A program made the position numbers and the translations under genes. Shown here in pieces: positions 19,476-31,300 of a DNA stretch of 64,000 bases. Source of the stretch: an uncultured Elusimicrobia bacterium (GTDB lineage Bacteria; Elusimicrobiota; Elusimicrobia; 2-01-FULL-59-12); NCBI GenBank assembly GCA_964604825.1, contig CAZSAL010000004.1, forward strand, positions 11,400 through 75,399, written 5' to 3'. Under the pieces are notes generated by a model. It searched no databases. It worked only from the letters and a program-made list of their open reading frames with translations, and was not told where the DNA came from. Positions within the stretch are counted from its first letter, which is position 1. Every line of letters begins with the position of its first letter.

Positions 19476-20699
19476 ATGGAAATACTGATCGCTGTCGGGT
19501 GTTTTACGGCAGGATTTCTTGTGGCGTGGGCGGTGTTCGGTCGTTCGCGAGGAATCCCTCGGGAACAGTATGACAATCTCCTCAAGGAGAAAACGGAAGC
19601 GACCAGCGCGGTTTTGGGGTTAACCGGGAATGTCAGCCGTTTGGAAGCCGAAAAACAGGGGCTTCTGGAAAAACTGAAATCCGATAAGGCGGACCTCGAA
19701 AACATCCAACAGAAATTTGAGGATCGCTTTAAAACTCTTGCGCAGGAAATTCTTGAAGCTCAACAAAAGAAGTTCCAGGAGTCCGGCGAGGCTGGCATCA
19801 AGTCCCTTGTTGATCCGCTTTGGAAACAGCTGAAAGACCTGCAGGAATACGCGATCGAGGCCAAAACCTTGAATCAGGATATGACTAAGGAAACCAAAAG
19901 CCTGGTCACCGCACTGCGCGGGGACTCCACAACGCAGGGACGCTGGGGGGAAATGCAGCTAAACCACATCTTAGATCGTTCAGGCCTCAAGGAAGGTGAA
20001 GGCTATGTGGTTCAAGGGAAGGGCCTTGGGCTCAAAGGGGAAGATGGGGAACTTCAAAAACCGGACGTTATAATCAACATCCCAGATCCCGAGAAACCCA
20101 AGCACTTGATCATCGATTCCAAGGTCTCTCTTACCTCTTACGACGCCTACGTCAATTCGGATGACATGGATGTCAAACAACAATCCATCAAGGAATTTTT
20201 AGTCTCGATAAGAAATCACGTTGATGATCTGGGTGGCAAACGTTACGACCGAAGCGAAAAGCTGAATTCGCCTGATTTCGTCTTAATGTTTATTCCTATT
20301 GAAGGAGCCTTCGCATTGGCCGTCCAATCGGATAAGGACATTTTCGCCGATGCCTGGGAAAAGCACATCGTCATCGCCAGCCCTACCACGCTTTTGGCGA
20401 CCCTGAGAACGGTAGCCGCCCTATGGAGCCAAGAACGGGTCAGCCGCAACGTCCTGGCTATCGCCGAACGAGCAGGCAAGCTGCATGAAAAATTCGCGGG
20501 GTTCCTGGGCGATCTCGAAGAAGTCGGTAAGAAACTCAAAAGTGCCCAATCCAGTTATGATGAAGCGATCAACAAGATCACTGGCCGTGGAGGCCTCACA
20601 TCTCAAGTCGAATCCCTCAAATCCCTGGGTGCCAAAACCTCCAAAACAATCGACGCAAAATTCTTGCCAGTCACTGAAAACGAGAGTGACAAATACTAA
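19476..20699 (+). CDS. rmuC: DNA recombination protein RmuC
   Basis: N-terminal TM, long coiled coil, RmuC C-terminal domain (IIDSKVSLTSYDAY). Confidence 0.8.
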   Translation: MEILIAVGCFTAGFLVAWAVFGRSRGIPREQYDNLLKEKTEATSAVLGLTGNVSRLEAEKQGLLEKLKSDKADLENIQQKFEDRFKTLAQEILEAQQKKFQESGEAGIKSLVDPLWKQLKDLQEYAIEAKTLNQDMTKETKSLVTALRGDSTTQGRWGEMQLNHILDRSGLKEGEGYVVQGKGLGLKGEDGELQKPDVIINIPDPEKPKHLIIDSKVSLTSYDAYVNSDDMDVKQQSIKEFLVSIRNHVDDLGGKRYDRSEKLNSPDFVLMFIPIEGAFALAVQSDKDIFADAWEKHIVIASPTTLLATLRTVAALWSQERVSRNVLAIAERAGKLHEKFAGFLGDLEEVGKKLKSAQSSYDEAINKITGRGGLTSQVESLKSLGAKTSKTIDAKFLPVTENESDKY

Positions 20700-20706
20700 T
20701 GCAGCT

Positions 20707-22434
20707 ATGCAGTTAAAGTACATAGATCAATTCCTAGCGGCCAATGGCCTCGCAAACCCATCTTTGGCTGTCCTTCGTTCAACGGGGGACCGTTATGATG
20801 CGATGCTTCTTCAGCCTGACTCTGAAGTTGTATGTCGGAATGATTTTATCGGTAATGCCGACCCCACAACAGCGGATAAGAAGCACTTGGCTTTCTTTCA
20901 GCTCGCCTCCTCTAAAGCAGTCCACCTCGCTATAACTCCAGAATACTCGACTCCTTGGCAAACCGTTGAGAAACTTATTAATCGGTCAGTTATGCCTTCG
21001 GACGATGCGCTATGGGTGATTGGCTGTGAAGCCATAACCCCTGCTGCACTATCAACATTTCGGCAAGAGCATCCAAGCGTGACTTGGATAATTCCTGAAT
21101 CGCCACAGCGTGGTACACGTACCTTTTTAGATCCGCTGTTGTACCTGTTCAAAACACGGACTCAAGCTGGAGATAGCAAGATCGTTAGCCTGGTGCAATT
21201 CAAGACTCAAGAAATGGGGGGAGATCGTGACGCCTTCCTGGAGCGGAATAACTTAATCAAGGGTGATACGATCTTTATTCTAAGAAACGATGAGGGTTCC
21301 ATCTACCTGTTCACGCTTATTTGTTCAGATGCTTTGAGTTTTACGCCCAGAGACCTTAAGAACCCAGAACAACCGCATCTTATATTGCACATCCAACTTA
21401 ACCCCGACCCACGACATCCGGCCATCCAGAAATACCGTAAGGACTTATTTGACACAAAATCGGACAACAAGGAAATTCTATGCTTGAACTGGGCTAGAAA
21501 CATCCGTGTTCAAGGCAAAGACGATCCTTTAAACGAGATTTCGGGATCGGCTATATACACCAAGTCCCCCGAACTCGATACAAGGGACGCATCCGTATTG
21601 AACAACCATGCGGGTGGTCTATATTTGACGCATTGGAAATCGGCTCGAGGAAATGTTTTTTTTCTCAACTATATTGAGTCTGTGTTCTACTTTTCATCAA
21701 CACGCCCATCACAAACGGAAGCTCCCCCTCAAACCGCAACTAGAACGGGACCTCAGATGATGTCGACTTTTCGCTGGGATTCTCGCGGACTTGATTGGCT
21801 GCAGGTCTCAGAGGCTGATAGCGGCATAGCAGGGCTTTGCAGTCAATTCGATCTGGCGCAATTTAAACGGACCGCCGCATCGGATAATCCTCTAGAATTC
21901 GAGCGCCTGCTAACGCTTTCATGTGGGCTGATAAAAGGCACTACATGGAACCCATCGCCAGACTTTTTGCGAATATTTGAGATCGACGACAAAGAGCTTG
22001 TTTTTAGAGTGGCCTTTTGCCAGGACCCACACCCAGATGCTAGCGCTTTCAGAGGTCGCACACTCAATCACTTGAAGGCATTGCGTGACATCTTGGCTGA
22101 TCCTAGCCAATTCCCGATGACAATTGCTGACTTGGCTGGTAATTGTGAGATCAAATACATGTCTGCAGAAGCACCATTGAACCTATTCTCGGTCACGACG
22201 GGAGATCCCGCATTCGTTGCTTATGTTGGTCACGAAGGATCGCTTGCCGATAAGCGACAGCTTTACGATAAGATGGTCACATTCTGCTCTGCCAAGGATA
22301 ATGCCCGGAGTCGGGTTGTTTTGTGGTACCACGTCGGTCTTAGCATAGACAAAGTATTCGATCAGACTGCTCCAACTGTTGCCAAGGACTTAACTGAACC
22401 ACCTCAATCGATCGTCAAGGATTCTAACCCATGA
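20707..22434 (+). CDS. hypothetical 575-aa protein; N-terminal about 300 aa weakly resembles the nitrilase/CN-hydrolase (amidase) superfamily; candidate effector partner of the downstream SMC-like ATPase
   Basis: Start set at ATG 20707, just after the rmuC stop. The listed ORF start 20485 lies inside rmuC. Possible E-K-C triad: ITPEY around aa 79, SKIVSLV around aa 158, LICSDALSF around aa 206. Confidence 0.55.
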   Translation: MQLKYIDQFLAANGLANPSLAVLRSTGDRYDAMLLQPDSEVVCRNDFIGNADPTTADKKHLAFFQLASSKAVHLAITPEYSTPWQTVEKLINRSVMPSDDALWVIGCEAITPAALSTFRQEHPSVTWIIPESPQRGTRTFLDPLLYLFKTRTQAGDSKIVSLVQFKTQEMGGDRDAFLERNNLIKGDTIFILRNDEGSIYLFTLICSDALSFTPRDLKNPEQPHLILHIQLNPDPRHPAIQKYRKDLFDTKSDNKEILCLNWARNIRVQGKDDPLNEISGSAIYTKSPELDTRDASVLNNHAGGLYLTHWKSARGNVFFLNYIESVFYFSSTRPSQTEAPPQTATRTGPQMMSTFRWDSRGLDWLQVSEADSGIAGLCSQFDLAQFKRTAASDNPLEFERLLTLSCGLIKGTTWNPSPDFLRIFEIDDKELVFRVAFCQDPHPDASAFRGRTLNHLKALRDILADPSQFPMTIADLAGNCEIKYMSAEAPLNLFSVTTGDPAFVAYVGHEGSLADKRQLYDKMVTFCSAKDNARSRVVLWYHVGLSIDKVFDQTAPTVAKDLTEPPQSIVKDSNP

Positions 22435-25400
22435 ATCTTGCAAGCCTAGAAACCTTCCTAGATAAGAATTTTCAAGTCGTGGAGCATCGTAAGTCTGAAC
22501 GGATAATCACCGCCCACTTGATTCGTCGGGAATGCGTTGTGGCAATGTACTTTTTCGATTACAGTGAACATATCTTGGAACCCGGGTTTAACCTCTCGAC
22601 CTTCCAAGAAGACAATATAGCTAAGGAATATTACAAGCAGAGTTCATGGCTGCAATGGAATATGAATCTCATTTTTGTAATGACACCAGAGCACTTTCAT
22701 AATATCGCTGGGTCACCCACGCAAATCTCAATCGAAGCCGATCGTTTGTACTGCCGCAAGCATATTTGCTCTGTCACAGACCTCGACTCATTATTCCCGC
22801 TATCAAAGCCGATCTTTTCTGACAGCCAAGGGATGAGTTCTGACTTGACCAGCCGTTGGCATGAGAAATTAGCCGGCGCTGGACTTCATGATGTGTTGTC
22901 GGAGGCCCCATTTGCGCAAGTCATTCGGGAAATCATCGAGCCGCCATCCGACAAGGTTCCTTCTCCTCAGATTGACCTTAGCACAAGAGATGTCAGCGAC
23001 AACGCTGGATTAAAAGTGCAGCTGGATAGGCTAGATATTAGGAACTTTCGCGTGAAACCATCCCACAAAGCCTATAAATTAGGCATGGTTAATATTATTT
23101 GTGGTCCAAATGGCGTCGGTAAAACGTCTTTTCTCGAGGCCATCGAACTATGTCTATGCGGCCGAACGTTCCGCGGTGGCGCGCAACTCGGAAGCGATAT
23201 AGCTTACTGGGTTCGAGGTTTAGGACAATCGCTTACACTTGCGCTCGATGACAACAGGCTCTATCAGAGTCGCGATCTGCGCTGGTACAACAATCGGTAT
23301 TCTAGGGGGAATAATCTCTCTCATAGTTTTAATAAATTCAATTTCTACGACACAGATCAGGCCTATAGGCTCTCATACAAGACCGACCCCAATGAAATCC
23401 GGTCTGCCTTTGCAAGTCTGGCGCTGGGAGAACGAGTCAACTTTTTCGACGAACGCATTCGCCGTGTGCGTCATGAACTCGGAGATGAACTAATTCGCCG
23501 ACAGGCTAGGATAAAGGCTCTTGAGGCCCAGATTCAACAAAATGAATTAGAAATTAAGGAGCTATCGCTGGGCCTGCCCCCACCCGAGCCAATACTGGAG
23601 GTTCTAACGAATGATCTCCGCCGCATTTTATGGAAAGGATCTATTCCTCTCGAGAACGACAATAATCTATCGACGATAGAAGCGCCGCTCCTTGACGCTC
23701 GATCTAAACTCCGAGAATTAATGCAAATCCTAAACCCTTGGGTTTCGCCTCTTTCCAAGAAAGCGATCGCCGATGTAGATACCAAGCTCAGTAAAGTTCT
23801 TTCGAAAGTCGCAGAATTGGAAGCCCGAATTGAGAATTCCTCTAAATCAGGTAATGCGACGCAGACCGCGATCAACGGAAAGCTCCGGACTGTTGAATTG
23901 TTAAAACGCGCATTGGAGTATGCACGCATTGGGCCCTGGAACCGCTTTTCAGGTGTAGACGAACGCATTGCTAAGCTGGAAAACACTTTGACTCGCCTAG
24001 ATGTTGTTCTTCAACTCATATCGGACTGCGATACGACACTTTTCCAAGACAATCATACGCCCGTCTTGACATACGTACAACAGCTGACTTCAAAATGCGA
24101 AGCCTTTCAAGCTGAATTAGATCGCATGAGCAAAGCAATTAACAATTTACGTAAAACATTAGACCACCTGGGTCAACTGAGTTCCGATCTACGCAGAATT
24201 GGTTTAGAGATCATCTCTCTCAAGCCGGATTCAGAGGAGTGTCCGCTTTGCCATGCAAATCATCCAAAGGGGGAGCTGAAGGTTCATGTAGAGCAGGTGG
24301 ATTCGAGGCTAGCGACCTTGCCCGATTTGGAAAAGCTAAATGCGCAATACAGTAAGCTAACTACTAATTTAAAAGATGCCCGACAACTACTTGATTCTGC
24401 CCGGATGATTCAACGCGCAATCCGCGAGTATTCTTCAGCTCCGAACAGTGACCGAGTGGATTTCGTGGCGGCTATCGCTTCATTGAAGGGGATTTTACCA
24501 GCTCGTGAAATTGCCGCAAACGAGCATGGCCGGGAGGTCGCATTTCGGCAATCTTTAGCGGCTAAGAGGCTTTCAGAAGATGACCTACGGACCATCGCTG
24601 CCGACTTAACGGAAATGAAGGACGGGTTTCAATTGCATTTGCAAACTGAAGAATCTCTGTCTGTACAACTCAATAACTTGAATGAAGAAATACTGACACT
24701 CCGTCAAGAACTGACAAAGCATGGCGCTGAGCGTCAGCGTGATCAGCAAGCTTTGCTAACATTGTGTCAGGATGTGTTAATCGAGGAAACCGATACCCAG
24801 AAATCACTTCTTATCATACGCTCAAGATCCACAGCGTGCCGACGTGCTATTGGGAATCTTCAGGATATAGAGCAGGCAATTGACGTCTCAGACGACATGA
24901 TCCTGACTGATTTACTAAATGTTACTGAACGTGCCTTAGGATACCTCGGCAAACTCAACCAACTCAGGACTGAAGCCCAAAGCCGGACAAAAGCGTTGCA
25001 ATTTCGAAGCAACGCAGTTGCAACGCTCAAGGCACAACATTTGGCAGAAAGCGAACCTCTCCGCCGGATAAAGAATGCGCTCGAACCACTAGAATATATT
25101 GTTCAACACGACAACAAGGAACAAGCGTTAGAAACATTCTTCGCTGCCTACAGGGATAGAATTCTGCAAATATTTCGGACAATGCATTCCCCGAGGGAAT
25201 TCGATGACATCATGATAAGCGATAGTACGGTCACTTTGCGCAATCTAAATGGGAATATTTCTGGTTTAAACAATATTAGCACCGGCCAACGAGCGGCGCT
25301 CGCACTTTCCATATTTCTGTCCCTCAATGCCTCTCTGCAAGATGGCCCATCAATGATTCTCATTGATGATGCTGTTGCCAATGTGGATGACATTAATTGC

Positions 25401-25544
25401 GTAGCCTTTTTAGATTTTCTAAGGGAATTTGCGGTTACAAGGAAGAGACAGCTGTTCTTTGCAACAGCAAATACGAGACTCGCAAATCTATTTACTAAGA
25501 AGTTTTCTTTCTTGGGTGACGAATTCGTAAATATTACCCTATGA
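22431..25544 (+). CDS. Rad50/SbcC-like SMC-family ATPase with a central zinc hook and an N-terminal extension of about 200 aa of unknown fold
   Basis: Walker A GPNGVGKT near aa 225. CPLC zinc-hook near aa 603, flanked by long coiled-coil sequence. C-terminal signature-like STGQRA plus Walker B MILIDD. ATGA overlap with the upstream gene. Confidence 0.75.
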   Translation: MNLASLETFLDKNFQVVEHRKSERIITAHLIRRECVVAMYFFDYSEHILEPGFNLSTFQEDNIAKEYYKQSSWLQWNMNLIFVMTPEHFHNIAGSPTQISIEADRLYCRKHICSVTDLDSLFPLSKPIFSDSQGMSSDLTSRWHEKLAGAGLHDVLSEAPFAQVIREIIEPPSDKVPSPQIDLSTRDVSDNAGLKVQLDRLDIRNFRVKPSHKAYKLGMVNIICGPNGVGKTSFLEAIELCLCGRTFRGGAQLGSDIAYWVRGLGQSLTLALDDNRLYQSRDLRWYNNRYSRGNNLSHSFNKFNFYDTDQAYRLSYKTDPNEIRSAFASLALGERVNFFDERIRRVRHELGDELIRRQARIKALEAQIQQNELEIKELSLGLPPPEPILEVLTNDLRRILWKGSIPLENDNNLSTIEAPLLDARSKLRELMQILNPWVSPLSKKAIADVDTKLSKVLSKVAELEARIENSSKSGNATQTAINGKLRTVELLKRALEYARIGPWNRFSGVDERIAKLENTLTRLDVVLQLISDCDTTLFQDNHTPVLTYVQQLTSKCEAFQAELDRMSKAINNLRKTLDHLGQLSSDLRRIGLEIISLKPDSEECPLCHANHPKGELKVHVEQVDSRLATLPDLEKLNAQYSKLTTNLKDARQLLDSARMIQRAIREYSSAPNSDRVDFVAAIASLKGILPAREIAANEHGREVAFRQSLAAKRLSEDDLRTIAADLTEMKDGFQLHLQTEESLSVQLNNLNEEILTLRQELTKHGAERQRDQQALLTLCQDVLIEETDTQKSLLIIRSRSTACRRAIGNLQDIEQAIDVSDDMILTDLLNVTERALGYLGKLNQLRTEAQSRTKALQFRSNAVATLKAQHLAESEPLRRIKNALEPLEYIVQHDNKEQALETFFAAYRDRILQIFRTMHSPREFDDIMISDSTVTLRNLNGNISGLNNISTGQRAALALSIFLSLNASLQDGPSMILIDDAVANVDDINCVAFLDFLREFAVTRKRQLFFATANTRLANLFTKKFSFLGDEFVNITL

Positions 25545-25620
25545 GACCCTCGATCAAGTATTTAGAAGAATTGGCGCTCATCATTTGTTCGAATCGCCGT
25601 ACATCCTTAATAGGTATCTG

Positions 25621-27192
25621 ATGCCAAACAACTTAGCCGAACTCGAAATGAAACTCTGGGACGCCGCAGATGAGCTTCGGGCCAATTCCAAGCTTAGTGC
25701 TGCCGAGTATTCCACCCCGGTGCTGGGGCTCATCTTCCTCCGGTTTGCAGACCACAAGTTCACCGTAGCCGAAAAGGAACTATCCAAGACCGGTACGGGC
25801 CGCCGCACCATCGGGAAAACTGACTACCAAGCCCGGGGTGTGCTTTACCTACCCCCCGAAGCACGATTCTCCCGATTGATCGCCCTCCCGGAGGGAGAGA
25901 ATATTGGCAAAGCCCTTAACGATGCCATGAAGGTGATCGAAGCCGACAACGAGGACCTCAGGGGCATCCTTCCGAAAACCTACACGCAATTTGAGAACAA
26001 GATGCTTGTCGAGCTTCTGAAACTTATGAACTCGATCCCTATGGATATCGAAGGGGACGCCTTTGGAAAAATTTACGAATACTTCCTTGGGGAATTTGCC
26101 TTGACCGAGGGCAGGGATGGAGGAGAATTCTTTACGCCGACCCCTATCGTAAAGCTCATCGTCGAGGTCATCGAGCCCTTTCACGGCAAGATCTATGACC
26201 CCGCTTGTGGTTCTGGGGGCATGTTTGTGCAGTCTGCCCGATTTGTGGAAAACCACAAAAAGAGAGCATCCGATGAGATAAGCGTCTACGGGCAGGAAAA
26301 AACGGCAGAAACAGTACGGCTCTGCAAAATGAACCTCGCTGTCCATGGACTTTCAGGCGACATTCGAGAAGCCATCTCGTATTACGACGATCTCCATAAT
26401 TCGCCGGGACAGTTTGATTTCGTAATGGCAAATCCACCCTTTAACGTGGATCGTGTAGATAAAGAGCGCATCAAGGATGATAAGAGGCGATTCCCATTCG
26501 GGATGCCTTCCATCGACAATGCCAACTTTTTGTGGATTCAACTCTTTCTGAGCTCCTTAAACAAAACGGGAAGAGCAGGATTTGTCATGACTAACACAGC
26601 CGCAGATGCACGATCTTCTGAAATGGAGATTCGGAAGAAGATTATTACGTCGAATGTAGTTAACGCAATCGTTTCTGTTGGCCCAAATATGTTCTACACG
26701 GTCATTCTCCCCTGTGATCTTTGGTTTTTTGACAAAGCCAAGTCTAAGACGAAACAATCCGGCACTATCCTATTCCTTGATGCCCGTGATATATATCACC
26801 AGATTGATCGATCCCATAGAGATTGGACAGATGACCAAATTGGCTTTCTAGGAAATATCGTGCGACTCTATCGGGGTGAATCTTTGGATTTTAAACAAGG
26901 CGGGAGAGATACTGAATTGAAGATCTTGGAGTTATTCGGTAAAAAGCCAAAGTATACGGACATCCCCGGTCTTTGCAAGGTGGTCACGCTGAAGGATGTT
27001 GAAACTCAGAATTGGTCCTTGAGTCCGGGCAGTTATGTGGGGGTCGATTCAGGAATGAAGTTTAATCAAGACCGATTTGGCCAAAGCTTTGAGGTCTTAA
27101 CTCAGCAATTCGTTCAACTTACTTCAGAGGCACATCTTCTCGAATCCACAATTGTTCGAAACGTGAAGACTATCCTCAAGACTCTAGAATGA
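25621..27192 (+). CDS. hsdM: type I restriction-modification system methyltransferase subunit HsdM
   Basis: N6-adenine MTase motif IV NPPF (MANPPFN), typical HsdM N-terminus. An alternative start at 25585 is in the same frame. Confidence 0.85.
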   Translation: MPNNLAELEMKLWDAADELRANSKLSAAEYSTPVLGLIFLRFADHKFTVAEKELSKTGTGRRTIGKTDYQARGVLYLPPEARFSRLIALPEGENIGKALNDAMKVIEADNEDLRGILPKTYTQFENKMLVELLKLMNSIPMDIEGDAFGKIYEYFLGEFALTEGRDGGEFFTPTPIVKLIVEVIEPFHGKIYDPACGSGGMFVQSARFVENHKKRASDEISVYGQEKTAETVRLCKMNLAVHGLSGDIREAISYYDDLHNSPGQFDFVMANPPFNVDRVDKERIKDDKRRFPFGMPSIDNANFLWIQLFLSSLNKTGRAGFVMTNTAADARSSEMEIRKKIITSNVVNAIVSVGPNMFYTVILPCDLWFFDKAKSKTKQSGTILFLDARDIYHQIDRSHRDWTDDQIGFLGNIVRLYRGESLDFKQGGRDTELKILELFGKKPKYTDIPGLCKVVTLKDVETQNWSLSPGSYVGVDSGMKFNQDRFGQSFEVLTQQFVQLTSEAHLLESTIVRNVKTILKTLE

Positions 27193-28397
27193 AGCTTTCC
27201 GATTACGTAGCCTTCAATCCTCGTGTTTCTTTGGAAAAAGGAGTGAGGGCTAACTTTGTCTCAATGGATGCGATTAGGCCGGGGCTTCGTTATGTATACC
27301 CCGACCAGGAAAGAATAGTGAATGGCTCCGGGTCAAGATTTGTTCCAGGAGATATTCTCTTTGCACGCATCACGCCATGCTTAGAGAATGGAAAGATCGC
27401 TCAATATTCCGGTGATTCTAATGGTTTTGGCTCAACTGAGTTCTTCGTACTCCATGCGATCGAATCTTCAACCGATCCGGCATATCTCTATTACTTCTCG
27501 CAGAAATCTGATTTACGAGCCGCCGCTGCTAAGAGTATGACAGGGGCGTCGGGTCGACAAAGGGCAAACATCGACGCTTTAAAGGAATATCCATGCGTAT
27601 TCCCATCTTTGCGTGAGCAACGTTCTATTGCCGCCGTTCTTACGGCCTATGATGAGCTTATCGATAATACCCTCAAACGTATAAGAATTCTGGAAAAGAT
27701 CGCGCATTCTATCTTTCGAGATTGGTTCGTGTTATATCGCTTTCCTGGTCACGAAACTCAACGGTTTACCAAATCACCTCTAGGCCGAGTTCCAACAAAG
27801 TGGTCAGTTAAAAAGGCGACAGAGGCCATTTTTGTAAATCCTAAAACAGTGGTGAGAAAGCGTAAATCTATCCCTTTTGTCTCAATGAGTTGTCTTTCAG
27901 ATGATTCAATGATTATTCGTGACGGAGAGACTAGAAGTGCAGCTTCTGGGCCAAAGTTTCAGAAGGGCGATACGCTTTTTGCTCGCATTACTCCTTGCCT
28001 AGAAAACGGCAAAACAGGGTTTGTTCAATTTTTAGTGGGTGACGAGCCTGCTTGTGGATCAACTGAATTCATCGTCTTGCGTTCAAAGACCTTGTGTCCA
28101 GAATATGTGTACTTATTGGCACGTACAGATGAATTCCGCGGCAACGCCATTAAGAGTATGACCGGAGCAACCGGACGCCAGCGAGTCAGGGAGTCCTGTT
28201 TTGACAACTTTCTGATAGCTCATCCTGACACAGATACTTTGAAGAACTTCCATGATTGTGTAAGCCCAATCTTTCACCAAATATACTTGTTATTCTTGAG
28301 AAATCAGAATCTTCAACGGACCCGAGATTTGATCTTGCCCTGTCTTATCTCTGGCCAACTCGGACTGAGCCAAATGGAGAACCCCACCAAATCATGA
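27189..28397 (+). CDS. hsdS: type I R-M specificity subunit HsdS (two target-recognition domains)
   Basis: Internally duplicated conserved region: [12 protein letters not shown] ... GSTEF appears twice. ATGA overlaps on both sides. Confidence 0.8.
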   Translation: MKLSDYVAFNPRVSLEKGVRANFVSMDAIRPGLRYVYPDQERIVNGSGSRFVPGDILFARITPCLENGKIAQYSGDSNGFGSTEFFVLHAIESSTDPAYLYYFSQKSDLRAAAAKSMTGASGRQRANIDALKEYPCVFPSLREQRSIAAVLTAYDELIDNTLKRIRILEKIAHSIFRDWFVLYRFPGHETQRFTKSPLGRVPTKWSVKKATEAIFVNPKTVVRKRKSIPFVSMSCLSDDSMIIRDGETRSAASGPKFQKGDTLFARITPCLENGKTGFVQFLVGDEPACGSTEFIVLRSKTLCPEYVYLLARTDEFRGNAIKSMTGATGRQRVRESCFDNFLIAHPDTDTLKNFHDCVSPIFHQIYLLFLRNQNLQRTRDLILPCLISGQLGLSQMENPTKS

Positions 28398-31300
28398 CCC
28401 TTTCCGGCTATTCCGAGGATCGCCTTATACAGGCCCCGACCGTTGAGCTATTCGGCAAGCTGAAATGGGACACGGCAGATTGTATGGGCGAGTTCGATAG
28501 CGGAAAAAGCACGCTTGGCAGGGAATCGAAAGGCGACGTCGTGCTGGTCAAGAAATTGCGCCCCGCCCTTCGCAAACTGAACCCGGACCTGCCAGAAGAG
28601 GCCATCTCCCTTGCCATCGAAGAGATCACCCGTGACCGGAGCGTGATGAGCCCGGTTGCCGCCAACAAGGAAATCTACGAGGCGTTGAAAACCGTGGTGA
28701 AGGTTTCTTGCCGGAGCCAGGAGGCGCAGGAAGAGGAGACGTACACGGTCAACGTGGTCGATTGGCAGACGCCAGCAAACAACGATTTCTTCCTTGCGTC
28801 GCAGTTTTGGGTGGCAGGGGATATGTATACCCGTCGTGCGGACTTGGTCGGTTTCGTCAACGGGCTCCCCCTGGTTTTCATCGAATTGAAGGCCGCTCAC
28901 CGCAACTTGGAAGAAGCCTACCGGGGCAACTTGCGGGACTACCGAACAGCCATCCCGAAACTCTTTTGGTACAACGCCTTCAACGTCCTATCCAACGGTA
29001 TCGACAGCCGGATCGGCACGATCACGAGCGATTGGGAGCACTTCGCCGAATGGAAGAAGATCAACAGCGAGGGCGAAGAGGGCATTATTTCCTTGGAAAC
29101 GATAATCAGGGGAGTCTGTGATAAGGAAAAGCTCCTTGATTTGGTCGAGAATTTCACCCTATTCGTCGAAGCGAAGGGCGGTCCGGTCAAGATGTTGGCC
29201 AAGAACCATCAGTATCTTGGCGTAAACAATGCCGTTCAGGCGTTGACCCAGATCAAAGAGAAAAAGGGCCGTCTCGGCGTCTTTTGGCATACGCAGGGAA
29301 GCGGGAAGAGCTATTCAATGGTGTTCTTTTCGCAGAAGGTCCTCCGGAAGAAGCCAGGTAATTGGACGTTCCTTGTCGTAACCGATCGTAAAGAGCTGGA
29401 CACTCAGATTTATAGGAACTTCGCTAGTGCCGGGGCGGTCACGGAACAGGAAGCGCAGGCGACTAGCGGGGCTCACCTGAAACAGCTTCTCAGGGAAGAT
29501 CATCGCTTTGTTTTTACCTTGATCCAGAAGTTCGGGACGGACGGGGGCGCAGCCTTTCCCGTGCTTTCGGAGCGTTCCGACATTATTGTAATCACCGACG
29601 AAGCACACCGATCGCAATACGATACCCTGGCCTTGAATATGCGGACGGCATTACCCCAGGCCGCCTTCATCGCTTTTACTGGGACACCTCTCATCGTCGG
29701 CGAAGAGAAGACCAAGGATGTCTTCGGCGATTACGTCAGTGTCTACAACTTCCGGCAATCCGTGATCGATGGGTCTACCGTCCCGCTTTACTACGAGAAC
29801 CGCATCCCGGAGCTTCAGCTTACTAACCAGCATCTGAACGAGGATATGGAAACATTGCTTGAGGCCACCGACTTGGACGAGAACCAGCAGCGACGCCTCG
29901 AGCAGGAGTTCAGCCGGGAATACCACTTGATCACCCGCGAGGATCGCCTGAAACGGATAGCGGAAGACGTGGTCGAACACTTCACGGGCCGGGGCTTTCA
30001 GGGCAAGGCGATGGTCATCAGCATCGACAAAGCTACCGCCGTTAAGATGTATGACCGAGTCAAAACCCGTTGGCCGATTCATTTAGCCAAGCTGCGCCAG
30101 GAACTTCAAAGCACCCAGGATGCCGAACAGAAAGCCGATTTGGAAAGACGGATCACCTTCATGCAAACGACGGACATGGCGGTCGTCGTATCACAGGGGC
30201 AGAACGAGGTTGAGGATTTGAAAGCAAAAGGGGTGGACATTACGCCTCACCGCTATCGTATGGTCCACGAAGATTTAGAAACCAAGTTCAAGACTTCCGA
30301 AGACCCGCTACGACTCGTTTTCGTTTGCGCCATGTGGATGACGGGCTTTGATGTCCCGTCATGTTCAACGATCTACCTGGACAAGCCGATGCGGAACCAC
30401 ACGCTTATGCAGACGATCGCCCGGGCTAACCGTGTATGCGGCGAGAAACTGAACGGCTTGATCGTGGATTACGCCGGCGTCTTTCGCAGTCTGCAGAAAG
30501 CCTTGGCTATCTACGGCACAGGGGTAGGCGGCACGGCGACCCAAGGCGATATGCCCGTTCAGGCCAAGCAGGAACTTATTGAAGGATTGCGCCACCACGT
30601 GGCACTGACGGTCGATCTATGCGAATCAAAGGGCGTAGACCTGTCGAAGATTATTACGAGCACGGCGTTCGAGCGTGTTAAGCAGATGGAGGATGCCCGG
30701 GAGACCATGATCGCTGACGACCAGACAAAGAAGCAGTTTTTGGCTTCTGCGACTTCTATTCACCGCCTTTTCAAAGCCATCCTTCCTGACCCGGCCGCAA
30801 AGGAATTGTCGCCACAATGTTCGGCTATCGTCAGGCTGGCCGACAGCATCCGTTCGTTGGCAGGACCCGTCGATATCTCTGAAGTCATGCAGGATGTCGA
30901 AGAATTGTTGGACGATTCCGTGGCGTCCGCCGGGTACGTGATCCGGGATCGGGGGCCAGAGAAGCGGATCGACTTATCTAAGATTGATTTTGAAGCCCTT
31001 CAGAAGAAGTTTGCTGCCGGATACAAACGGACGGAGATTGAACGGCTGAAGGCTTTGCTTCAAGGGCGACTCGTTGTCCTTGTGCAAAAGAATCGCACGA
31101 GGATGGACTTCCTTGAACGCTTCCAGAAGATGATGGATGAATACAACGCCGGGGCGGTCAACATCGATGAGTTCTTCAAGCAATTGGTTGCCTTCTCCCG
31201 GCAGTTGGACGACGAAGACAAGCGGGGGATTACCCAGAATTTAAGCGAAGAAGAGCTGGCCGTCTTCGATCTGCTCACAAAGCCGGAGCCAAAGCTCACC

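Noticed and set aside
20485-20706. Listed ORF start at 20485 for the 649-aa protein, overlapping the last 215 nt of rmuC
   Set aside because: The 5' extension lies inside rmuC in another frame and has no homology-like features. An ATG at 20707 sits just after the rmuC stop and gives a compact 575-aa gene.
23534-23986. Minus-strand 150-aa ORF inside the SMC-like gene; similar embedded ORFs at 28448-28900, 29651-30082, 35906-36629, 40525-40902, 41777-42244, 42339-42728, 43984-44445, 47722-48159
   Set aside because: All lie wholly within strongly supported plus-strand genes and have the compositional bias of antisense frames.
28256-28393. Listed hsdR start at 28256, inside hsdS
   Set aside because: The HsdR-like sequence begins at [14 protein letters not shown] 28394 overlaps the hsdS stop as ATGA, the usual coupling in type I operons.
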